In this document: piece after piece, positions 36,700 through 47,088 of the stretch
How the letters are laid out: every line of letters begins with the position of its first letter
How positions within the stretch are numbered: position 1 is the stretch's first letter
Origin: Octopus vulgaris
Taxonomy: Eukaryota
DNA: 64,000 bases
Assembly (NCBI GenBank): GCA_951406725.2
Contig: OX597814.1
Coordinates: forward strand, 206,770,001 to 206,834,000
Direction: 5' to 3'
Notes under the pieces: model-generated
Databases searched by the model: none
What the model was told of the DNA's origin: nothing
Seen by the model: only the letters and a program-made list of their open reading frames with translations
Position numbers and translations under genes: made by a program

Positions 36700-37790
36700 C
36701 AAAACATTGACTCATTGGGTATAAAAGGCACCAAAATTCTCCAGCCTGTCCATCATTTCCCGAATGTAGGAAGCATAACAAGACTGACATGAAATCAGAG
36801 GGAGCAAACCATCGGATGTCTCCATACTGGTCAACGTCCATAGGTCATTGCTAATGACTTGAACTGCAGTATTTGGACAACTGAATGGCTGAGGGAATGA
36901 GATAGTGCCACAAACAACATGGATAATCATCCACACAGTGGCCGACCAAAGGTTACAACAACACGTCATGACTGTCATCAGCACCGACAGCACTGATTCT
37001 TTAGGACAATGGAATCAGCTAGGCAGAGCATAGGAACTCACCACAGACCCATTTGTGCTGAGATCTTTCAATTTGACTCACCAAAGTCCAGCTAGGATCC
37101 ACATCCGCACAGATCATTATTGATGGGTACATCTGCAGTGAGCTGCAAAAACGTCAGAGCGGGCAACATGAGTAGTGGAAGAGTGTAGTCTTGTCTAACA
37201 AAAGTCGATATTGCATTTCTCTGGAAGACAGCAGAGCTGGCATTTCTGGCATTTAGAGGAGAAGGGGTGAATGTCATGCCAATGGCTGTATGGTGGAGAG
37301 ATACTCATAGGGAAGACAGAGCATCATGGCAAGGGGCAAGATTGCACTCAACCATAAACCTGAACTGGTGGTCTTCCGAAACATTGGTGAAGGCTGAGGA
37401 AATGGAGTAAATGCTGCTTGCTATATTGACCAAATTTGGAGGCCTCACATTGTGCCATACTTTGCCTGTTGTTGGAATTACGTGTTCTGACATAACAATG
37501 CCCGTGACCATACTGCCAGGTTGACAACAGGCTTCCTCCAACAACATCAACATCTAGACACTGGCTTCAGTCCAGACTCAAACCCTATAGAGCACCTGTG
37601 GGATGAAACCCTAAAGAAGGCTAAATGACACCCGTCCAAGACCGAAAACTCAGAGACAACTCACTGCAAGTTTTAACAGAGTGTCAGCTGCTATCCCCAT
37701 GGCTTTCATCAATCGTTTGGTGCATTCAATGTGCAGAAGATGCCTGCCAGTAATCAACAATAATAGTGGTCACACGAGATATTGAGCTTA
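36700..37790 (+). mobile_element. Degenerate Tc1-like element in the last intron of PARP copy B
   Basis: Same SPDSNPIEHLWD motif at ~37569, plus a more N-terminal SGRPKVTT motif at ~36937. Confidence 0.7.
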
Positions 37791-38632
37791 TCTCTTTGAA
37801 TCCAGGACATTTTGTCATCACATGACACCATGTGACATCAAACAGGTTTCAGGAAATGATGTTTTATCATTGGGAGAGCCTGTCCCTTGCAAATATTTAC
37901 CACTGAACTTGTTTGGGTGGCATTTTGTGGAACCCCACTCTTCTACTCACCCCATATCCATATTCACCATACACATCAAAATCTAATTCCAAAAGATGAT
38001 AAAAGAGTTAGTGAGAGAAGATCATTTGAGATATCTAAATGGAGTGACCTCTGCTGGTTTATCAGATTTCTGTACAGTTATTAAATGTCCCTTAACCAAT
38101 TTCTAGGCCGTAGCAGACATTGAATATTTCAATGAGAGTTAACAACACTGTATTGATTATCTCAGTATATCTATAATTGACAAACTCAGAATGGTGATTG
38201 CTAGGCCTGGTGTTCGCTTGTTGATATTTCTGTCCAGTCCTGCAGACTCTCCACTAAACTTTTTCCTTCTTCCTATAACATTATCCCTCTGGAATTCCAC
38301 CCCTTCTCTTATCTTTCCTGCAATATTTTCATTTACAAAGGTTCAAGAGGAACATTAATGGATGGGGACACACCCTTCCTCCCAATCCAAATAAAAGTGT
38401 TGGTTCCACAATAATAAAATACACCTGGTTTACTCTAGAGCAGAAGATGTTAGGAAGGGGACCTGGCAGTAGAAACGATGCCAAACATGGAATGTGTAAG
38501 CAACATGGCATCCTCTCTGTGTGAGAAAGGATTCTAAACAGCAATCAATGTGGAGAGTGACTGTCCAGCTCAGGACAATAGGAAGGGTGGGTAGAGGACA
38601 CTACTATTGCCACTTTGAGAATATGTACTTAC

Positions 38633-38810
38633 CATTTTTACCACAAGAGCTATGGTTGAAACCATATTTATTTATTCTATCAACAGATCCTACAGTAGTA
38701 CCATGCCAAAGGCCATCAACTTCATTTGTAATGCTTGGATTTTCTGCCTCAAATTGTTTTTTCAATGATTGGTATCTCTGGTATAATGCTCTATTTTGAA
38801 TTCTCTCAAT
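38633..38810 (-). CDS. PARP14: PARP14/15-like copy B, penultimate exon (catalytic His)
   Basis: ctacag acceptor, gtaagt donor, 178 nt, phase 0 to 1. IERIQNRALYQRYQSLKKQFEAENPSITNEVDGLWHGTTVGSVDRINKYGFNHSSCGKN(G) carries the IERIQN and HGT..GFN motifs and is in phase with the last exon. Confidence 0.9.
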
Positions 38811-38988
38811 CTGTAGAAAGGAAAATACATTTATGAAAAGACAATCAAATCACTTCTTTGACAAGGAAATAAAGTTTGTGGTAAAAAACCCCAACCCTAT
38901 CTGCTTTTTTCTTCTTTTGTATTTGATACCAATTTTGATTCAACTGTAAATTTTGGTAAGGCACAATAGTTTAGCTGCAAAATGGTGT

Positions 38989-39210
38989 TGCAATCTTGCC
39001 CCTTGTCATGATGCTCTGTCTTCCCCATGAGTATCTCTCCACCATACAGCCATTGGCATGACATTCACCCCTTCTCCTCCAAATGCCAGCTCTGCTGTCT
39101 TCCAGAGAAATGCAATATCGACTTTTGTTAGACAAGACTACACTACTCATGTTGCCAGCTCTGACGTTTTTCAGCTCACTGCAGATGTACCCATCAATAA
39201 TGATCTGTGC
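38989..39210 (-). repeat. Tc1-derived fragment, inverted copy of 37108-37346
   Basis: Reverse-complement match with a few small indels. Confidence 0.85.
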
Positions 39211-39399
39211 AAGAAGTTAAAGCAGAGGTATTTTTCTTGAGCAAAGATTTTTTGTGAATATCCAAAGTTGCATGGAACCATCCCAAAATAGGTTCATACA
39301 ATGAGATTTAAGTCTTTTATACAAAGAAAATGTCTCTTAACATTTCTTTTAACAATAAATCATTAAATATTGTTTATAAACAGAAATAAAAATACAAAC

Positions 39400-39533
39400 T
39401 TTGATTATATGATAGGAAGGCAAATTCCGACGGAAAGTGGCCTGGATGTCATCATATTCTGATCCATTTGTGACTCGAACAATTTTAATTAATTCCTTGT
39501 CTCCCATTGATGACCATGTATCTGGGATTGGTT
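39400..39533 (-). CDS. PARP14: PARP14/15-like copy B, exon at the start of the catalytic domain
   Basis: ctttag acceptor, gtttgt donor, 134 nt, phase 1 to 0. (E)PIPDTWSSMGDKELIKIVRVTNGSEYDDIQATFRRNLPSYHIIK resembles the PARP14 IPxxW..EY..V...F segment and splices in frame to IERIQN. Confidence 0.85.
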
Positions 39534-40021
39534 CTAAAGTTCAAATAGAAATCAAATATTTCAGAATTAAAATAAAATTATGAACCCTTTTTCTGTTAAA
39601 AGTTTATAAAAAACAGGAATATTTTGGCAAACTTTTGGGTTTAAACAAGGGACACTGAATTACTAATGATTACTATAGTTTAGTAGTAGTAGTAGTAGTA
39701 GTAGTAGGAGTGCAGGTGAGGTTGGGCTGTGGGTGTGGTGAAGAACTCCTTCCAAAGCAGACATTAGAGCACAACACAGTCCTTGCACCGATATCAAACC
39801 ATCCAACCCATTTCTGGCATGGAAAACAGATGTTAAAAGATTATGATGATGATGATGATGGCATCAGATATATATATATGTGTGTGTATATGTATGTATG
39901 TATGTACGTATGTGTATATATATAACGGGAAGCTTTATGAAAATAAACAAAAGACGAAGGCAGGTGGAATACAAAAAAACAATTGTATTAGTATGGCGCT
40001 CAGGAATATAAATAGAACAAG

Positions 40022-40059
40022 TCTTTTACGTTTCGAGCCTACGCTCTTCGACAGAAAGA
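40022..40059 (-). ncRNA. Minimal hammerhead-ribozyme-like motif (CUGUCGA core variant)
   Basis: Minus strand TCTTT-CTGTCGA-A-GAGC GTAG GCTC-GAA-ACGT-A-AAAGA, with perfect stems I and II. Confidence 0.6.
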
Positions 40060-40130
40060 TACACAGAAAAGAAACACGGAGAGAAACAAGGAGAGAAAAA
40101 AAAATGCGTGCAGAAGCTAGCGAATGGTAA

Positions 40131-40160
<30 letters not shown>

Positions 40161-40163
<3 letters not shown>

Positions 40164-42630
40164 CTAGCCAGATTGACTACATCCTTGCCAGAAAAAGGGA
40201 AAGAGGGCTGCTTACAAATGCCAAAACCTTTCCAGGTGAAGAATGTACTCCTCAAGATAGATTAGTAGTTAGCGACTTCAGGATCAGAGCTAAATGGTTG
40301 CCCAGAAGAAGACCAGCTAGGAAGAGAAGGGTCTGGAAGCTTAAAGATCCTGCAAATGGACAGAGATTTAGAGACATACTACTCAAAGCCTTTGACGAAA
40401 TAGAAGGGGATATAGCTTCACTTAATGTGGAAGACAACTGGAGATTTCTACGGGACAATCTGCTGACAGCCACTGACAAGATCTGTGGATGGAGCAAAGT
40501 ACCAGCTCGACCCAGAGTAACATGGTGGTGGAACACTGTGGTTGACAGGGCTATTAGACAAAGAGACAGGCTTGGAAGGACTGGAAGAACGGTGGTAGCA
40601 GGGAATTGTATCAGACAGCCAGAAGGGAAGCTAGGAGACAGGTTTATTTAGCCAGAAGGGAAGCGGATAAGAAAAAATTTGCCAATGTTCTGAGCCGTTA
40701 GGATGAAAGACTTGAGGTATTTCGTGTTGCAAGACAGTGTGTGAGAGAGAATCGTGATGTGGTAGGAGAGAAGTGTGTTCGCATGGATGATGGTTCACTT
40801 GTGCTAAATGAGGATGCAAAGAGAGAGGTTTGGAGATGCCACTATGAAAGGTTGCTGAATAAAGAAAATGAATGGGATAAAGAGAGTCTGCCGAATGTCG
40901 ACCCAACAGAGGGACCAGCCATCCGAGTTGAAAATTCTTTGGTAGTTAAAGCAATTAGAAGCATGAAGACAGGGAAAGCCCCAGGCCCATCAGGAATTAC
41001 TGCAGAGATGCTCAAAATATCTGGCAGTGTCAGCTATAACCTAGTCACCCGTATAGTCAACCAGGTGATACACGAAGGAGTCATACCCAATGACTGGTGT
41101 AGCAGCATACTAGTCAACTGCTACAAAGGTAAAGGTGATGCCCTAGATACAAATAATTACAGAGGTATCAAGCTGTTGGATCAGGTAATGAAGGTTACGG
41201 AGAGGGTCATAGCCCAACTAATTAGAGAGAGAGTTAGTTTAGATGAGATGCAGTTTGGGTTCGTGCCAGGGAAAAGTACCACTGATGCTATATTCCTGGT
41301 AAGGCAGCTGCAGGAGAAATACCTGGCCAAAGATAAGCCCCTGTACCTGGCTTTCGTTGACATGGAGAAAGCCTTTGATAGGGTCCCCCGATCCCTTATC
41401 TGGTGGTCAATGAGGAAACTAGGGATAGATGAATGGGTGGTGAGGGCTGTGCAAGTCATGTACAGAGATGCCGTAAGTAAGGTTAGGGTTGGCAACATGT
41501 ACACAGAAGAATTCAAAGTAGAGGTTGGGGTCCACCAGGGTTCAGTACTCAGCCCCCTCCTATTTATCATAGTCCTCCAGGCAATTACGGAGGAATTCAA
41601 GACAGGATGCCCCTGGGAGCTCCTCTATGCTGACAACCTTGCTCTAATTGCTGAGTCACTATCAGAACTGGAGGAGAAGTTCCAGGTGTGGAAGGAGGGC
41701 CTAGAATCGAGGGGCCTTAGAGTCAATCTAGCTAAAACCAAAGTCCTAATAAGTATGAAGGTAGACAATCCACAAATGTCTTCAGGAAGATGGCCCTGCT
41801 CGATCTGTAGAAAAGGTGTAGGTAGAAACTCTAAAAGATGTACCCAGTGTAAGCTATGGACACATAAGAGGTGCAGCAATGTCAAAGGTAGGCTAACTGG
41901 GAAGCTAGTTTTTGTATGTGGCAGATGCTCGGGAGCATTAACCTCAGAAAACAACTTCCGTCACTTTCCAGGGGGAAAAACTAGAAGTAGTTGATAGCTT
42001 CCGTTATCTAGGTGACCAAGTCAGTAGAGGGGGTGGGTGTGCTGAAAGTGTAACTGCTAGAATAAGAATAACCTGGGCAAAGTTTAGGGAGCTCTTACCT
42101 CTGCTGGTGACTAAAGGCCTCTCGCTCAGAGTAAAAGGCAGACTGTATGATGCATGTGTACGAACAGCCATGCTACATGGCAGTGAAACATGGGCTGTGA
42201 CTGCTGAGGACATGCGTAAGCTTGTGAGGAATGAAGCCAGTATGCTCCGATGGATGTGTAATGTCAGTGTACATACACGACAGAGCATTAGTACCTTGAG
42301 AGAAATGTTGTACCTAAGAAGCATCAGTTGAGGTGTGCAAGAGAGACGATTGCGCTGGTATGGTCATGTGGCGAGAATGGATGAAGATAGGTGTGTGAGA
42401 AAGTGCCAATCCCTAGCAGTTGAGGGAACCCGTGGAAGAGGTAGACCCAGGAAAACCTGGGACGAGGTGGTGAAGCACGACCTTCAAACTTTAGGCCTCA
42501 CTGAGGAAATGACCAGCGACCGAGACCTTTGGAAATATGCTGTACGTGAGAAGACCAGGCAGGACAAGGGAGCTCAGCCCACTTATGCATGCCTTTCCTC
42601 CCTTGGACACAAAGACCTGTTGAGGCAAGC
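40161..42630 (+). mobile_element. 5'-truncated RTE LINE with 417-aa RT ORF fragment
   Basis: KAPGPSGI, NYRGIKLL, FVDMEKAFDRV, GVHQGSVLSPLLF, LYADN; frameshifts elsewhere. Confidence 0.93.
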
Positions 42631-42649
42631 GAAGTCGATATAGAACACA

Positions 42650-44850
42650 GGGTTGCTCACAGACGGGACAAATTACAAGGTAGAGCTTTTCTTTTGGGTT
42701 TTCGATCAAAAGGGATTGTAAATGGAAAGAAAGAGGAAAAAAAAAGGTGGGAAAAATAAAAATAAAAGGAAAAATAAAAAATCGATCAATAGGGATCGTT
42801 ATCCCAGAAATGTCAATATAAAGTGTAAAGGGGAAGACAGGTGAGGTTTACTCGTGGAAAGAAAAGCCTATGGAAAAGACCACGGTAACCTCGGTCAATG
42901 AAGTCACATGTTATATTTTTTACAAATAAGCAACTCTGTATTAATTTTTACAGTTCAAAGGATCATAGTCAAGGTGGCTTTGTCATTCATACACCTCTCT
43001 TTTTTTAAAACATTCACTAGACAAAACTTGCCTCTCTACTCTCACTTTCCTTTTCAAGGGATACTTGAAGAAGTTGAGAGATTGACCAGGGAGGAAAGAG
43101 TTTGTCTCTAATCCTTTCAGGCGCGTCCACCAGATACATTCTTTCGCCATAGCCACAAGTATGATAAAAATAGCTCTTCCTTCCCGTTTGAAGGAAGGAG
43201 GTGTGACGATATTAACGATAGACTCGGCTGATACACCGACACGTCCCACATGTGACAGCAGTCGTTTGACATAAGCCCACAGGTTGGAGATTGTTGGACA
43301 CAGCACGATTGCATGCAGAACGGTTTTGTCGCTCTGACCACATCTCGGTAGCACTGCGAGGCCAGGGATCTCTGGAAGTTGTCCATAGGTCCTGGCCCGA
43401 AAGTTGTCTCAAACAGGCAGGTCAAGTATTCCTCGTCGACGCCCAGGTTTTCCCCAAGATCGTCGTCATACCTCCCCTCCACTAATCCCCTATAGAATGC
43501 TTTGGTTGTGTTGAAGTCACTCAAGGTCGACCCAGGACAGCATAGTTGTTTGAGAGCAACGCGACACTCGCGGTGCCATTCGCCCTTCCTCAACCTCTTT
43601 TTGATCCATGACTGCAGTTTGGTCATGGAGATGAGCTGCGGAAAAGCATGCCTCACAAACGGCGACCACACCTGTTCACCGTCGTCTATTTGCCATTCCT
43701 CAGTGCTTTCGTCTTCCGACGAAATTTCCAAGGAATCAGAAGGGAGTAGGGGTATGTTGTAAACTTCAATGTGTGTTTGTGTAATTGGTTGTGTTGTTGT
43801 TGGTTGTTGACTGCTTGTGTGTGGTGTGTGATGTGGGGGAAGGGGAATCATTTTTTGTATTGTCTTTTGGTTTTACTGTTTCTTTAGTTCTTGCTGTTGG
43901 TGGTGGTTTTTCAGATGCTGTTGTATGTCCATTTGTTGGTGTTGGCGAGATTGGTTCCATATTCCCTTTGCTTGTCCTTTGAGCTGATGGTGGTCTGGTA
44001 GTAGTGGTTCTTTTTTCTCTTGACTTTTTCCTTGTTCTTGTTCTGGCCCTTTGTTATTGCTTTTTTGCTGTTGGGCAATCATTTTTGAGGTGATCCTCGC
44101 TGTCACACAAGTAACAGTGAGGCCTCCTACCCTCTACCACCACATAAAGGAAATTGCCGTCTAGCAGCTCAATTTGGTGGGGGATGTTATTGATTTGGTT
44201 TTGATCAATTTGCATCAATAACTGAACCATTTTCCCTGACCATTTCTTTTCCTCCAAGGCGGCATATTCCAGAATATTTATATTTTCCTCCATTTTGTAG
44301 CAAATGGCTGACAACAGCCATTGTGATTCTATTTCTGGAGGGAAATTTTTAATCGAAATTTTGGTCACGCGTTGACCAAGGTAGGTTGGAATTAAAATTA
44401 AGTTTTCCGACTGTAATGTGAGAGTTGAAAGTTCTTTCGCTTTTTCTTCGCTGTCGAAGAGAACCTATATCGTGGCATATTTGTTTCCCCAATTTAAATA
44501 ATTTTTGTAGGCCCATATTGGACGTAAACATTTTTCAATGAGTTCTGGTTGTGCTTGTTCTGGTCCACCAGTTTTTGCGTTTAGGATTTTGTATATTATT
44601 GTTTTCTTTTGTGTGTTGTCTATGATGTTTTGTGGTACATGTAAGCATAGATGTGAACCTTCTTCAGTTAACAGGGCTTTTGTCTGTTTTATTTGTTCTG
44701 TTGTTAAGTATAATATTGTCTTCTTTGGTTTTAATGCTTGTGCAAAATTGGGTTTGGTGGTAGTGTTGGTGGCAGAGGTGTCACTAGTAGTAGTTGAGGT
44801 GGTAGTAGTGGTGTTATTGTTGGCGGTTATTGTACGCAGCAAAACGACGA
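42650..44850 (-). mobile_element. Internally deleted Tx1/L1-like LINE (ORF1 with CCHC knuckle joined to ORF2 3' end)
   Basis: PNFAQALK N-terminus and CYLCDSEDHLKNDC knuckle, then an abrupt switch near 43680 to an ORF2-type C-terminus with PRCGQSDKTVLHAIVLC. No endonuclease or RT motifs. Confidence 0.7.
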
Positions 44851-44852
44851 TA

Positions 44853-45470
44853 TTATATAGATAGAAAACTATTATAGAGATAGAAAACTATTATATAGAT
44901 AGAAAACTATTATAGAGAGAAGACTATAATATAGATAGAAAACTATTATATAGCTAGGAAACAATTGTATAGATAGAAAATTATTATATAGATAGAAAGC
45001 TATTATATAGATAGAAAGCTATTACATAGATAGAACACTATTATAGAGATAGAAAATTATTATATAGATAGAAAACTATTATATGGATAGAAAACAATTA
45101 TGTAGATAGAAAACTATTATATAGATAGAAAACTATTATAGAGATAGAAAACTATTATATGGATAGAAAACTATTATATATATAGAAAAACTATTATAGA
45201 GATAGAAAACTATTATATGGATAGAAAACAATTATGTAGATAGAAAACTATTATATAGATAGAAAACTATTATAGAGATAGAAAACTATTATATGGATAG
45301 AAAACTATTATATATATAGAAAAACTATTATAGAGATAGAAAACTATTATAGAGATAGAAAACTATTGTATAGATAGAAAACTATTATATAGATAGAAAA
45401 CTATTTTAGAGATAGAAAACTATTATAGAGATAGAAAACTATTATAGAGATAGATAACTATTATATATAT
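44853..45470 (+). repeat. 19-bp minisatellite (atagaaaactattatagag), block 1
   Basis: Direct tandem repeat visible in the sequence. Confidence 0.95.
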
Positions 45471-45471
45471 A

Positions 45472-46492
45472 AAACTTAGATAAAACTTAGATATGTTTCG
45501 ACCAGAGATTGGTCCAGGCCATGTCTAACTTAATAGCACCACCTGATAGGATTATTCGAATCCTGTTTAAGTCAAGTTTTGTTCAAGTAGTGAGTTCTTG
45601 TTGGGTGAGTTGTATCCAATTATGGGTGGCTTATCTGGTATTCTTTGAAGGAATCTATCCAGACTCTGTTTGAAGTTGATGGGATCCTTTTCCTCTTTGA
45701 TCTCCCTCGGGACAATGTTAAATAGGGCAGGGCCTGTTGAGGAAAAGAAATTATGTTGCAGTGTACATGTATGTTGTGATCTTGAATTTGGCAGGGGACG
45801 TATAGCCCGTGGTCCAAGTCTTGGATGAACCTTGAAGCTAATGTTTAGGTCGTTTGGGCAAAGTTGGCGGAATATTTTCCACATCGTACAAATGATGTAC
45901 TGCTCACGGCGACGCTGGAGGGAGTAAAGTTTCAAGGCTTTAAGGCGATCCCAATAATCGAGAGCAGCCATGCCTTCAATTTGTTTAGTGAGAGCCCTCT
46001 GGGGTGACTCAATTCTGGAGATGTTTTGTCTTGTGTGAGGAGACCACAGTGGGCAGCAGTATTCAAGGTGTGGCTGTACAAAGGATGAAAAAAGTGGTAT
46101 GATGACACCTTGTTCTCTGGACCGGAAAGTTCTTAAGATCCAGGAACTCATCCTACGAGCTGTATCGACCTTCTTGTTGATGTGTGCACTCCAACTGAGA
46201 TCGTCATCAACAATTACACCCAGGTCTCTGATATTGTTAGAGGCTGTGAGCGGTTCCCCTGAAGGAAGAGAGTATGGTTGTTTTAGTGAGGAATTTCTTC
46301 CAAAATGCATCAGCTCAAATTTTCCCTCATTCAGTTGCATTTTTGTTTCTGTCTGCCCATTGACTCACAGCATATAGATCAGACTGGAGTTGAGTTCAGT
46401 CTGCTTCTTCATTGACGATTTGCTGGAGCTTAGTGTCATCAGCGAATATTTTCACTTTGCAGTGATGTACGACACTGGAAAGGTCGTTTACA
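45472..46492 (-). mobile_element. 5'-truncated CR1-like LINE inserted in the minisatellite
   Basis: YVNDL...IFADDTKL, RDLGVIVDDDLSW, PHLEYCCPLWSPH, LYSLQRRRE; short tandem 3' tail (atctaagtttt)x2. Confidence 0.85.
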
Positions 46493-47088
46493 TATAGAAA
46501 AACTATTATAGAGATAGAAAACAATTGTATAGATAGAAAACTATTATAGAGATAGAAAACTATTATGTAGATAGAAAACTATTATATAGATAGAAAACTA
46601 TTATATAGATAGAAAACTATTATATAGATAGAAAAACTATTATAGAGATAGAAAACTATTATAGAGATAGAAAACTATTATAGAGATAGAAAACTATTAT
46701 AGAGATAGAAAACTATAATAGAGATAGAAAACTATTATAGAGATAGAAAACTATTATAGAGATAGAAAACTATTATAGAGATAGAAAACTATTATATAGA
46801 TAGAAAACTATTATAGAGATAGAAAACTATTATAGAGATAGAAAACTATTATAGAGATAGAAAACTATTATATAGATAGAAAACTATTATATAGATAGAA
46901 AACTATTATAGAGATAGAAAACTATTATAGAGATAGAAAACTATTATAGAGATAGAAAACTATTATATAGATAGAAAACTATTATAGAGATAGAAAACTA
47001 TTATATGGATAGAAAACTATTTTATATATAGAAAACTATTATAGAGATAGAAAACAATTGTATAAATAGAAACTATTATAGAGATAGA
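46493..47088 (+). repeat. 19-bp minisatellite, block 2
   Basis: Same unit, very homogeneous. Confidence 0.95.

Larger units (their letters stand above)
33931..38119 (-). repeat. Arm B of inverted segmental duplication (continues at 30088-30141 beyond an RTE insertion; likely extends past 38119)
   Basis: Base-by-base reverse-complement match to 1-2958 outside copy-specific insertions; about 2% substitutions in non-coding parts by hand count. Confidence 0.92.

Noticed and set aside
40741-41994. 417-aa and 385-aa (53874-55031) ORFs as host genes or active LINEs
   Set aside because: They are fragments of truncated, frameshifted RTE copies; the first has YADN instead of YADD.
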